Of a stretch of DNA of 64,000 nt, positions 9,108 to 18,504 are shown piece after piece. The stretch is taken from positions 1-64,000 of the forward strand of contig JANNWY010000212.1 of assembly GCA_031409335.1 (NCBI GenBank), written 5' to 3'. Every line of letters begins with the position of its first letter. The stretch's first letter is position 1. A program made the position numbers and the translations under genes. The notes beneath the pieces are model-generated. The model had not been told where the DNA came from. It saw nothing but the letters and a program-made list of their open reading frames with translations, and made no database searches. The DNA comes from Chthoniobacteraceae bacterium (lineage in GTDB: Bacteria > Verrucomicrobiota > Verrucomicrobiia > Chthoniobacterales > Chthoniobacteraceae).

Positions 9108-10054
9108 ACGCGACGCAGATCCAGGGCCTCACCTTCAGCCTCGGCGCACTCGTGCTCGCGGCCGCAGCGGTGGTGACCGCGCGGTTCGATCCGCGGATCG
9201 AATTGATCGTGGTCGCGACGCTCATCGTCGTGCTCGGCGTGCCCCACGGCGCGCTCGACACGATCTTCGCGCGGCAGCTTTACGGGATTCACACGCGCGG
9301 CGGCTGGCTGCGTTTTGCGGCCATCTACACCCTCCTCGCCGCGGCGGTGGTGGGCCTTTGGCTGCTCCAGCCCACCTGTTTTCTGCTCGGCTTCCTGTTC
9401 ATCTCGACGGTCCACTTTTCCGGCGACCCTGCCGCCGGCACGCCATGGCCAGCGCGTGCGCTTTATGGCGGTGCCGTCATCGTATTGCCGACATTGCTCC
9501 ACGCCGGAGAGATCACCCGGCTCTTCGCGCTCCTCGTCGGTATGGATGCCGCAGCGCTCGTCACGCCGTGGCTGCGTCTGCTCGCTTGGCCCTGGTTGAT
9601 CGGCCTCGCGCTGGCCGCGGTCCTGCGTCTGCCGCGGGATTGGTTGACGCCATTGGAAATGGTCGCGGTCGCGGTGCTCGCGGTCCTTGCCCCGCCGCTG
9701 GTCTCCTTCGTCGTATTTTTCTGCGCCATGCACAGCGCCCGCCACATCCTGCGGACGATCGACTACTCGGGCCGCTCTTCGCCCGGCCTCATCCTCGTAG
9801 CCGCGTTGCTGCCCATGCTCGGCGTGGTGGCCGCATCGTCGGCGGCCTGGCATTTCCTCGGCAGCACGCCGCTCGACGCGCGGATCATCCAGTTAGTCTT
9901 CGTCGGCCTGGCTGCACTGACCGTTCCGCACATGGCCCTCGTGGAGCGAGTGCGACTCTCAGGGTGGGTCCAGGGAGCTGCGGGCCAACGCAGTGGAGTT
10001 TCCACGTCGGCGTGCGAAGTCCCTCCCTCACCTGCAGAAAGCCTGAAAGGCTGA
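9104..10054 (+). CDS. blh: Beta-carotene 15,15'-dioxygenase, Brp/Blh family
   Basis: GVPHGALD, HFS, HSARH, LTVPHM; ATG 9104 overlaps the crtY stop. Confidence 0.95.
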   Translation: MNATQIQGLTFSLGALVLAAAAVVTARFDPRIELIVVATLIVVLGVPHGALDTIFARQLYGIHTRGGWLRFAAIYTLLAAAVVGLWLLQPTCFLLGFLFISTVHFSGDPAAGTPWPARALYGGAVIVLPTLLHAGEITRLFALLVGMDAAALVTPWLRLLAWPWLIGLALAAVLRLPRDWLTPLEMVAVAVLAVLAPPLVSFVVFFCAMHSARHILRTIDYSGRSSPGLILVAALLPMLGVVAASSAAWHFLGSTPLDARIIQLVFVGLAALTVPHMALVERVRLSGWVQGAAGQRSGVSTSACEVPPSPAESLKG

Positions 10055-10213
10055 AACAACAATGCCCAGGGCAACGCCCTGGGATGGCATCAAAAGGAAA
10101 CCCAGCCCTGAAAGGGCGCGGCAGCTTAGTGTCCCGCCCTTTCAGGGCTGTGCGATCGGACGCGGAGACCCAGTGCGTTGCCCTGGGCTGATTTGTTTCA
10201 GGCATTCAGGCTT
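10039..10213. repeat. REP-like nested palindrome, family A copy 2
   Basis: GCCCAGGGCAACGC / AGCCCTGAAAGGGCG..CGCCCTTTCAGGGCT / GCGTTGCCCTGGGC. Confidence 0.9.
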
Positions 10214-10290
10214 GGGGGAGAAGGGAGTTTACAAACACGTCCTAGCAGCCTGCATTTCTCGCACCCAGACAGGAACAGCCCGCAGCCTGT

Positions 10291-10345
10291 TTTCTTCCTC
10301 TTAATCTTCCTCTGTCACGCAAGGAGAAAGACTAAGAGGAAGAAA
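10291..10345. repeat. Purine/pyrimidine-biased inverted repeat
   Basis: TTTCTTCCTCTTAATCTT ... AAGACTAAGAGGAAGAAA. Confidence 0.65.
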
Positions 10346-10499
10346 GAGCGGAGGGCCGTGAGAAATGCGGGGTAGCGGCCATCGCGAGCACACTTGGTAA
10401 ACCATGGCATCTCGACAACGCGAATGATTCCGCGCTCGCGCGCCAATCTGCTTGGCGGGGCGGCGTTCACCTTTAGCATGTGCATCCCACGACTTCTTC

Positions 10500-10838
10500 A
10501 TGTCCGGCTCCGAACAATTCGAGTTCGCCTTTTCCGAGGGTTCGCCTGGGGCACCGGGGGCTATGCCTTGGCGGGTGGAGTGGATGCGGGCTGCGGAAGT
10601 GTTGTGCCAGCGACTCGCGGTGCCGCTCAATCACCGCGCAGAGGTGCGGCTGATCCAGGGACCGGTCTTGCGCGGGCGGCTCTGTCTCGCGGAAGAGCAA
10701 CTCTGGCGGGATGGGGATAGGCAACGGCTGGTCTTGCGGATCGGCCCGACCACTTTCCGTCTGGGCGAAGTGGAATCGGTGCTGCGCCTGGACGATGCCG
10801 CGGACGCAGCGGACGAGCGGCGGGAAACGCCCGCGTGA
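10500..10838 (+). CDS. Hypothetical protein
   Basis: 112-aa ORF (MSGSEQFEFAF...VESVLRLD) filling the gap, convergent on the DUF480 gene. Confidence 0.55.
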   Translation: MSGSEQFEFAFSEGSPGAPGAMPWRVEWMRAAEVLCQRLAVPLNHRAEVRLIQGPVLRGRLCLAEEQLWRDGDRQRLVLRIGPTTFRLGEVESVLRLDDAADAADERRETPA

Positions 10839-10917
10839 CGTCGAAACCGGGCGCGGGCGGTGTCGGGGGGAACGTCGGCGAGCGTGACGCGGCGGGCGCC
10901 TTTCACAGTCCCTCAAG

Positions 10918-11544
10918 TTACTCGAACTGCTTCCGAAACGCCTCGAACTCGGCGCGCAGCGCGGCGACTTGCGCTTCGAGTGCTTCGATGCGCGATGGCT
11001 CGGGTGCCCTGATTTCATGCGGCGCGGCGACCGGCTCGCTTAAATCCGGTTCGCCCGAGAGCAATTGCACCGCGCGTTTTTCCTTTTGCCCCGGTCGCGG
11101 CGCGAGGATGCGCAACAGCGGCGCATCGCCTTTCGCGAGTTCGTTCAGGCATTCCTCGACCTGCTGCGTATCCGCGAAGGAATGCAGCCGCTCCGTCCGC
11201 TGCCGCAGCTCGCCGGGCGTCTGCGCGCCGCGCAGCATCAGCACGCAGAGCACCGCCACTTCGGGCCGTTCGAGCGTGTATTCATCGAGCAAATTGTGCC
11301 GGTATTTCTGCACTCGCGCGCCCGCGCCCCAGATCACCGTCGCCAGCTTTTTCTCACGCAATCCATCCAGTGCGGCTTCCACCGTTTTCTCGTCGAAAGC
11401 CGTCACCGGCTCGCGATTCGTCGCCTGATTGCACGCCGCCGTGAGCGCGTGCAGGCTCATCGGATAATTCTCCGGCGTCACCCGCTCCTTCTCCAGCAGA
11501 CAACCTAGGACGCGCGTTTCGAAGGGGGAAAGTGTGAGAGGCAT
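10918..11544 (-). CDS. YceH / DUF480 family protein
   Basis: ETRVLGCLLEKERVTPENYPMS, ACNQATNREPV, LMLRGAQTPGELR. Confidence 0.93.
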   Translation of the reverse strand: MPLTLSPFETRVLGCLLEKERVTPENYPMSLHALTAACNQATNREPVTAFDEKTVEAALDGLREKKLATVIWGAGARVQKYRHNLLDEYTLERPEVAVLCVLMLRGAQTPGELRQRTERLHSFADTQQVEECLNELAKGDAPLLRILAPRPGQKEKRAVQLLSGEPDLSEPVAAPHEIRAPEPSRIEALEAQVAALRAEFEAFRKQFE

Positions 11545-11554
11545 AAAACTCCGA

Positions 11555-13675
11555 TCACGGCGCGATCACGATGCGGTGGCGGAAGAACACTTTGTCGAGT
11601 CCGGTCGTGTTGACAGTGAAGGTATGGGTGCCGCCGCTGCCAGTATCGGTGATGGCATTCCACGTCACAAAATTGCTCGTCCACTGCGCGCCATAGGTCA
11701 CATCGGAAATACCGGCGGGCTGCGTGTAAGTCACCGTCAGCGTATTGCCCGCGCGCACTGGCTGCGGCACGGCGGAGGCCGCGTTGGGCTGCGTCGGATT
11801 CAGCCCGAAGCCGTATTCGACTCCGTTGGAAATGCCGTCCTTTTCGTGGTCGCCAAGCGGGCCTTCCGTCGCGCCCGGATACAGCGTCGCCACCCATCCC
11901 GCGTAGCCAGCCGGCGTTTGCGCCGTCACGCTTTTGAACGCGCCATCGCCGAACCAGCGGCAACCCACGTTCGGACGCATCCGCATGAAATAAGTCGTGC
12001 CCGCGACGAGCGGCGCGCCTGCGCTTGCAGCATTCAGGGTGAAAGTGGTCGCCGCGCCTGCGAGTGGCGTCGTGATGGTGTTCACGAGTTCCGTCGCATT
12101 CGTGATGGAGATGTCGTCGATGAAGAATCCGTCGTTTACCGAGGTCGATACCACGATCGACGCGCCGTTGCGCCGCAGGATGAAACGCACATGCACGATC
12201 TGCCCCGCGTATGGCGCGAGGCTGATGCTGCGGCTCACGAAATTCGCATCCCAAAGTCCGCTGCTCAAGCCCACGCCGGGCCGCGAAAAGACGCTCGTCC
12301 ACGTCGCCCCGTTGTCGGTGGAAACCTCCGCGTTCAACGTCGTCGTCGTCGTGGCGAACCGCCCGCGATCGTAGAACACAAGCTGGCTCGCAGCCGACGG
12401 CACGACATCGCGGATCACCTCGAAGCTCTGGTCCGTGGAATCCGGGAACGCGAGTTGAAACGCTTTCGCGCCCGTGCGTTTCAGCGCCGTCTGGCGCAGC
12501 GCATACGCGCCCGTCGTGTGCGGCACGATCTGCGGCGCGGGCGCATCCTCCGCGCCCTCCAGCCAGGCCGCCGCGCTGCCGGTCGAGACGCGCAGCTCAT
12601 ACGCGTCGGCTTGCGCGATGCTGTTGAAAGTGTAGTTCGCGCCGGAAGTCGCGGGCGCATTCGTCCCCGCGATCGTCACCGTACTGCCGAGCACGCTCGG
12701 ATCGAACAGCGTCGCCGTGTAGTTGTAGCTCGTCGGAATTCCCGCGCCGCTGATGCCCGCGACCGTCACGTTGCAAACGGTGTCCGCGCTTATCGACGCT
12801 GGCAATCCGGCGGGCTCCCACACGATCGTGTTGTCGCCGATGCCATTGTCCGTCCGCGAAATCACCGTCGTCGCCACCGCATTCCCGGCCACCGTCATCG
12901 TCACCGTCGCTACCGCGAAATTCGCGCCGGGATACGACAGCGACCAGCGCGCCGGCATCAGCGGAAACGGCACGAACCCGCGATTCGGCCACGCCACGAA
13001 CTGCGGCGCGGGCGCCGGCTTGTGATCGCCGATCACCCAGATCGCGTTGGTCTTCGCAAACGCGCCATCGCCGGGAATGTCGCCGGTCCCCATGTTCAGC
13101 GCGCGCGAATACATCAGCCACCGGCGATGCCCGACGACTTCATTTCCACCTCCGGGATCGACCATAAATCCATCGACTGAACCCGCGCCGAACGTGCCGT
13201 AAGCAAGATTGGAAGCGCCCGCCGCCACCGCGCCATCCGCCGTGTAACATTCCCAAGTGTTTGGCGGAAAATGACTCAATGAATTGTTGCGCGACATCAT
13301 CAGCGCCGCCTGCTGCGCCTTCGCGCTTTTCACCGGATCGAACACGATGTCCGCCGGCAGCGCCGCGAGCGCCCGGTAAAAATTGATCCGCCGCCGCACA
13401 TCATCCTTGAACGCCGCGCTCGTCGTCCCCGGCACGCACGATGCGACGCTGCCAGTCCACGCGATGTTCGCCGCGTATCCTTCCGAGGCGGTGTGGATGC
13501 AGTTGTAAAACGAAAGCACATCCGTGCGATTCGTCGGGTCCACCACAAAGCCCTGCACCGCGTTCGGGCTCGCCGTGCCGGGCGTCCACGCGAGGAGCGC
13601 GGGGCTGCAAAACATGAAGGCAGCGGCGGCGGCGAGGCGCGCGATTCGGCGTATGGCGGAGAAATTTGTGAGCAT
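11555..13675 (-). CDS. Secreted CAP (SCP) domain protein with verrucomicrobial C-terminal domain
   Basis: Signal peptide (start ATG 13675), INFYRALAAL, LSHFPP, VGHRRWL; C-terminal DGISNGVEYGFGLNP...WTSNFVTW...FFRHRI. Confidence 0.85.
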   Translation of the reverse strand: MLTNFSAIRRIARLAAAAAFMFCSPALLAWTPGTASPNAVQGFVVDPTNRTDVLSFYNCIHTASEGYAANIAWTGSVASCVPGTTSAAFKDDVRRRINFYRALAALPADIVFDPVKSAKAQQAALMMSRNNSLSHFPPNTWECYTADGAVAAGASNLAYGTFGAGSVDGFMVDPGGGNEVVGHRRWLMYSRALNMGTGDIPGDGAFAKTNAIWVIGDHKPAPAPQFVAWPNRGFVPFPLMPARWSLSYPGANFAVATVTMTVAGNAVATTVISRTDNGIGDNTIVWEPAGLPASISADTVCNVTVAGISGAGIPTSYNYTATLFDPSVLGSTVTIAGTNAPATSGANYTFNSIAQADAYELRVSTGSAAAWLEGAEDAPAPQIVPHTTGAYALRQTALKRTGAKAFQLAFPDSTDQSFEVIRDVVPSAASQLVFYDRGRFATTTTTLNAEVSTDNGATWTSVFSRPGVGLSSGLWDANFVSRSISLAPYAGQIVHVRFILRRNGASIVVSTSVNDGFFIDDISITNATELVNTITTPLAGAATTFTLNAASAGAPLVAGTTYFMRMRPNVGCRWFGDGAFKSVTAQTPAGYAGWVATLYPGATEGPLGDHEKDGISNGVEYGFGLNPTQPNAASAVPQPVRAGNTLTVTYTQPAGISDVTYGAQWTSNFVTWNAITDTGSGGTHTFTVNTTGLDKVFFRHRIVIAP

Positions 13676-13796
13676 GGGTAAAATGGGAGATGGGGAGCGG
13701 GAACTTAGCGAGCAGCGGCGCGTGGGCCATCTCGATTTGAAAACAACCGCCGCCGCCTTGACGCCCGCGCGTTCCCGCCGTGACATGACGCGTCGC

Positions 13797-14618
13797 ATGT
13801 CTTTCCACGCCGAATTTTCCCGCCGCGAAATGCTCCGCCTCAGCGCGGCGCACCTGCTCGCGCTCGGCCTCTGGCCGGGCGCGCTCCGCGCGGAGGGGCG
13901 CGCGGATTCCGGCGAGTTCACTTTCATCGTCGTGAACGACATCCATTTTCAAAGCGAACGCTGCCCCGCCTGGATCGAACGCGTCGTGAAACAGATGAAC
14001 GCTACTGACCCGAAACCCGCGCTCTGCCTCATGCTCGGCGACTACTCCGAGCACGGCACCGCAAAGGAAATCGCCGGCGCGAAAGACGGACTCGCCGCGC
14101 TCAAGATGCCCGTCGTCGGCGTCATCGGAAATCACGACTACACCGCGAGCGACGACCGCGCCGCCTACGAAAAGCTCTTCCCCAAAACGCTCAACTACGC
14201 CCGCCAGCAAAACGGCTGGCAATTCATCGGCCTCGACACCACCGCAGGCCGCCAGGCCAGCGGCACCTCCATCGACGCCACGACGTTCGCCTGGGTCGAG
14301 GAAAACCTCCCCAAACTCGACCGGACCAAGCCGCTCGTCATCTTCACCCACTTTCCCCTTGGCCTGCTCACCCCCGGCCGCCCGAAGAACGCCGACGAAC
14401 TCCTCCTCCGTTTCAAAGAGCACAACCTCCAAGCCGTCTTCAACGGCCACTTCCACGGCTTCACCGAGCGCAAATTCGGCCGCGTCACTTTGACGACAAA
14501 TAAGTGCTGCTCCATCAGCCGCGAAAACCACGACGGCACGAAGGAGAAAGGCTACTTCCTCTGCACCGCGAAGGATGGAAAAGTCGCGCGGACCTTCGTG
14601 GAAGTGCCCACTACTTGA
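13797..14618 (+). CDS. Tat-exported calcineurin-like metallophosphoesterase
   Basis: SRREML twin-Arg signal; NDIH, LGD, GNHD, THFP, GHFH motifs. Confidence 0.9.
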   Translation: MSFHAEFSRREMLRLSAAHLLALGLWPGALRAEGRADSGEFTFIVVNDIHFQSERCPAWIERVVKQMNATDPKPALCLMLGDYSEHGTAKEIAGAKDGLAALKMPVVGVIGNHDYTASDDRAAYEKLFPKTLNYARQQNGWQFIGLDTTAGRQASGTSIDATTFAWVEENLPKLDRTKPLVIFTHFPLGLLTPGRPKNADELLLRFKEHNLQAVFNGHFHGFTERKFGRVTLTTNKCCSISRENHDGTKEKGYFLCTAKDGKVARTFVEVPTT

Positions 14619-14731
14619 AGCATTCTGGTAGGCACCTCCGCTGTTCATATTTTTCCTCGTTCCCAAGTTGCCATTGGTAGCCGCAACTTGGCGGTTGCGG
14701 AGCGAAAAGCTGGATCGATTGTTCCGGCACT

Positions 14732-14932
14732 ATGAAAACCGCCGAAATCACATTGACAAGTCTCCTTGATCTGGATCGAAAGAAAGATGCTTTCATCAAA
14801 AGCCATCCGCTCGCAATCTTCGCGGACGAATCTATTCAGCGTGAACGCGCTCATGCAGTAAGAATGGACAACGATGGCAGAAGCGTCGGAGCATTTGTGA
14901 CCTTCAAATTCCAGTACGCGCTGCCGGAATAG
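14732..14932 (+). CDS. Small hypothetical protein
   Basis: 66-aa ORF in a lower-GC stretch, co-oriented with its neighbours; no recognised motif. Confidence 0.35.
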   Translation: MKTAEITLTSLLDLDRKKDAFIKSHPLAIFADESIQRERAHAVRMDNDGRSVGAFVTFKFQYALPE

Positions 14933-14996
14933 ACTCGGATGCTTCGGCGAATTATCTCCGTTTGCTAGGCACTCGTACATTCACACCAAACAATCC

Positions 14997-15608
14997 GTGG
15001 TCACTAAATCTATGCTCCATTTACTCGCCGCGCTCTCGGCCACAGCGATGATTTCCACTTCTGTTGCGGTTTCAGCGACTATTGCTGAAAACTTTTACTT
15101 TCCGCGGCAACCAATCGGCAACGATATACCTCTGCCATCTGCAAAAATGCCGTGGACATTCTACATCCCGGCGGGCGACATTTTCGAACCCGGTGGCACA
15201 TCGTTTTTGACTGTCCATGCACTTGGGGACCACGGGGACCCAAATGGTAGTCCCAGCCAAACCGGAGCCCCGAACAAGGGCTGGGCGCTTTATGCCGTGT
15301 TTGACCCGCTCGCTCCGTTTGGGACCCCTATAGTTCTCGTCCAGGGTGTCATTGGCACATCCGACTCGATTTTACCGAGTGATGCATTCGAAATCCCCGG
15401 AATTCCCGTTTCCAACGACCTCCTAAATCTCGCCGTCAACGCGACAACCGGTGAAGTCACCCTCAGCGCACGCCTCGGTTATGGTGTGCGGCAAGATCAC
15501 AGTAGCTTCACACTCCAAGGGCAGACTATTCCGGAGCCGAACTCCATGTGCCTCATCGGATGCACAGCAGTTGCACTTTCCTCGTTACGCCGGGTAAGAC
15601 GCGAGTAG
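14997..15608 (+). CDS. PEP-CTERM sorting-domain protein
   Basis: Signal peptide; C-terminal IPEPNS + hydrophobic helix + RRVRRE. Confidence 0.85.
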   Translation: MVTKSMLHLLAALSATAMISTSVAVSATIAENFYFPRQPIGNDIPLPSAKMPWTFYIPAGDIFEPGGTSFLTVHALGDHGDPNGSPSQTGAPNKGWALYAVFDPLAPFGTPIVLVQGVIGTSDSILPSDAFEIPGIPVSNDLLNLAVNATTGEVTLSARLGYGVRQDHSSFTLQGQTIPEPNSMCLIGCTAVALSSLRRVRRE

Positions 15609-15711
15609 TGAGGAAGAGAGTCCGCTTAAAAGTAGGACGCATAGAGAGACCGGGATCAGTTCGAGAATCTCGCTCGCCCGCAGGGCAAGGAACGACGGCA
15701 TTTACCGCCAG

Positions 15712-15870
15712 TTAGCGCGCGAATTCGCGGTGCAGCGCGCGGAGGGAATCGGTGACGGTCGCGAGGTCGCCGACGAGGACGAACATACGAAAGGGGTAGT
15801 CGCCGGGCTTGATGCCTTCGGCGGCGCGGACGCGGAAGACGCAGTTCCATTTCACCACTTTCTCCGCCGA
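15712..15870 (-). pseudogene. 3' remnant of a hypothetical protein gene
   Basis: Protein-like tail KVVKWNCVFRVR...GDYPFRMFVLVGDL with no credible N-terminus. Confidence 0.45.
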
Positions 15871-16174
15871 ATCCGTCGAGCAGGCCGTGGCACTCGCACC
15901 GTCCATCGTCTGCATTTCCTCGCTCCCGCCCGTCTCCACCATCGCCGCCCGCGCTCTCTGCAAACGGCTGCGCGCCCGGCCTCCCTCGGCGCGAATCATC
16001 GCCGGCCTGTGGCAACCGGACGATGCGGAATTCACCGCGCGCCGCGAGCGCCTCGGCAAGGCGGGAGCAGACGAAACGTATCCCGATCTCCGCCGCACCG
16101 CCGCCAGCATCGCCGAGTTCGCCGCCTGCACCCTGCCATCCGGCACAGACCCATTGGCGGCAGAACTTCGCTGA
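15860..16174 (+). pseudogene. 3' remnant resembling the C-terminal domain of long AI-2E family transporters
   Basis: IVCISSLPP...ARALCKRLRAR...IIAGLW; no start codon context and no TM region. Confidence 0.55.
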
Positions 16175-16208
16175 TCGCTGGCTGCGGCGGATGGAGCGGC
16201 TTTCCCCG

Positions 16209-16994
16209 TCAGTCCGCCGCCGGGTTCACGGAAACCACGAGACTTTTCAGGCCGAGCGGGCCGAATTGCGTGACGAAGGCCACATCGGTCGCATCGCGGC
16301 CATAGCCGATCGCGACGCGGTTGCCATCGGTCCGTTCACGGGAGCCATCGAAAACGTACCAGCGCCCGCCCACGTAGGCCTCGAACCACGCGTGAATATC
16401 CGGCACCGCCAGCTTCAGCGCGTAGCCGACGACCATGCGCGCGGGGATGTTCAGTGCGCGGCACAAGGCGATCCCAAGATGCGCAAAGTCGCGGCAGACA
16501 CCGACGCGCGCATTGGCCGTGTCGAGCGCCGTCGTCGCGGGCGTGCTGGTGCCGTAGCGATATTCCACATTGGCATAAAGCCATGCGCGGATCGCCTCCA
16601 CTTGCGCATAGCCCGATCTCGCGCCTTGCACGATCTCGCTCGCGAGCGCCCCGAGTTGATCCGACAGGCAGTAGCGGCTCGGATAGAGAAAATGCAGCGT
16701 GTTCTCCGGCAGATTTCCCGGCAGGATATACGCCGCGTTCACATCCACATCGACCTCGTCGGAAGTGTCCACCGTGCAGCACGCGCGCAGCTTCATCTCG
16801 CCCGGCGGGATGACGACACGCTGGCAGAGATTCCCGAAGATATCGGTGAACTCGATGACCGGCACCCGCGGCTGAAATTCATATTCTTCGCGCGAAACCC
16901 ACTGTCCCCAGCCGCTGCGCGGTCGCAGCATCAGAATGGCAGGGACGCACACGTCCGTTTGAAAAACGATTTCACAAGAGGCATCGAGGCGCAT
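16209..16994 (-). CDS. Transglutaminase-like protein
   Basis: Triad motifs GVCRDFAH, HAWFEAY, FD; FLYPSRYC. Confidence 0.92.
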   Translation of the reverse strand: MRLDASCEIVFQTDVCVPAILMLRPRSGWGQWVSREEYEFQPRVPVIEFTDIFGNLCQRVVIPPGEMKLRACCTVDTSDEVDVDVNAAYILPGNLPENTLHFLYPSRYCLSDQLGALASEIVQGARSGYAQVEAIRAWLYANVEYRYGTSTPATTALDTANARVGVCRDFAHLGIALCRALNIPARMVVGYALKLAVPDIHAWFEAYVGGRWYVFDGSRERTDGNRVAIGYGRDATDVAFVTQFGPLGLKSLVVSVNPAAD

Positions 16995-17080
16995 GAAACT
17001 GAGGTAATGGCAAACCGGGGGAACAAGCACGACTGCTTCTCGCCTATAGTACGAGTTGGGTGTGGTTAAATGTGGTGCAC

Positions 17081-17190
17081 GCCGCCGAAGACACGGAGAT
17101 TTCGGACCTTGTGCCACTCACCCAATGGGAGAATGAAACCCTCCCGGCGATGCGGGGCACAACTTCTTCCTCATCCGTGTCCTCCGCGGC
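17081..17190. repeat. Imperfect inverted repeat (REP-like)
   Basis: GCCGCCGAAGACACGGA / TCCGTGTCCTCCGCGGC (15/17) with inner TTGTGCC/GGCACAA. Confidence 0.55.
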
Positions 17191-17273
17191 AATCTCGATC
17201 GCTGCTTGCAGGTTTGTAAGCCTCTGGACCAGGCGCCGGAAGAGTAAGCCGGAAATCGGTCGCAAAGACGATC

Positions 17274-17346
17274 GGAGGGCGAGGCTCCTGCCGAGCATGA
17301 GTGGCGCGGCACATTCCGAAAGGCTTGGCCGGAGCCTCGCCCTCCC
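17274..17346. repeat. REP-like palindrome downstream of aroC
   Basis: GGAGGGCGAGGCTCC ... GGAGCCTCGCCCTCC. Confidence 0.8.
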
Positions 17347-17349
17347 ACC

Positions 17350-18438
17350 TCAAACCCGTCCGGTCTGCCCACGCTGCCGCAGCGCGTGATCGCACAGCAC
17401 CAGCGCCGCCATCGCTTCCACCATCGGCACGGCGCGCGGCAGCACGCATGGATCGTGGCGTCCGCGCGCATTTAGCTCCGTCTCCTCGCCGCTCACCGTC
17501 ACGGTTTTTTGCGCCTGAAAAATTGTTGCCGTTGGCTTGAACGCCACGCGGAAAAAGATCGGCTCGCCATTGCTGATGCCCCCCTGGATTCCGCCCGAGC
17601 GATTCGTCTCTGTCCGCACGCGCCCGGCCTCCATCACGAACGCATCGTTATGCTCCGAGCCGCGCTGTTTCGTCCCCGCAAATCCGGAGCCGATCTCGAA
17701 GCCTTTCGTCGCCGGCAGACTCATCATCGCCCGCGCCAGCTCCGCCTCGAGTTTGTCGAAAACCGGCTCGCCCAATCCGGCGGGCACGCCGCGCAAAACA
17801 CACTCGATCGTCCCGCCCACCGAGTCGCCGTCGCTGCGGACTTGTTTGATGAATTCGATCATCCGCTCCGCCATCGGCGCATCGGGACAGCGCACGATAT
17901 TTGCCTCCACTTCCTCAAAACGCACCGTCTCTGGATTCACCGCCGCCACCAGCTCGTGAATCGTTTTCACATAAGCCACCACCTCAAATCCCGGCGCGAG
18001 TTGCGCCAGCACTTTCTTCGCCACCGCCGCCGCCGCCACGCGCCCGATCGTCTCGCGCGCCGACGCGCGTCCGCCGCCCTGCCAGTTCCGAATTCCGTAT
18101 TTCGCGTGGTATGTAAAATCGGCGTGGCTCGGCCGAAACGCCGTCTCCATTTCCCGATACGCATCGGGCCGCGCGTCCTTGTTCATCACCGCCACGCAGA
18201 TCGGCGTGCCGAGCGTTTTTCCCTCGAAAACCCCGCTCAAAATCCGGCACGCATCCGCCTCGTCGCGCGGCGTCACGATCTCGCTCTGCCCTGGCCGCCG
18301 CCGATCCAGATCGCGCTGGATGTCGGCCTCGCAAAGTTCGATCAGCGGCGGGCACCCATCGATCACCACACCCACGCCGCCGCCGTGCGATTCACCCCAG
18401 GTGGAAATGCGGAACGAGTGACCGAAGTGGCTGGACAT
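17350..18438 (-). CDS. aroC: Chorismate synthase
   Basis: [40 protein letters not shown]. Confidence 0.98.
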   Translation of the reverse strand: MSSHFGHSFRISTWGESHGGGVGVVIDGCPPLIELCEADIQRDLDRRRPGQSEIVTPRDEADACRILSGVFEGKTLGTPICVAVMNKDARPDAYREMETAFRPSHADFTYHAKYGIRNWQGGGRASARETIGRVAAAAVAKKVLAQLAPGFEVVAYVKTIHELVAAVNPETVRFEEVEANIVRCPDAPMAERMIEFIKQVRSDGDSVGGTIECVLRGVPAGLGEPVFDKLEAELARAMMSLPATKGFEIGSGFAGTKQRGSEHNDAFVMEAGRVRTETNRSGGIQGGISNGEPIFFRVAFKPTATIFQAQKTVTVSGEETELNARGRHDPCVLPRAVPMVEAMAALVLCDHALRQRGQTGRV

Positions 18439-18504
18439 AAGAGCCGCGGAGCAAACAACGCATCGCGGAAGTCGGCAATCCCAGTTTTCCGCGCCGGACG
18501 CCGC

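Noticed and set aside
11534..13180. Long antisense or alternative-frame ORFs (also 27298-29199, 37517-39673, 47420-49009, 50590-51909, most of 54182-55702)
   Set aside because: Shadows of well-supported genes in high-GC DNA; Arg-rich and motif-free.
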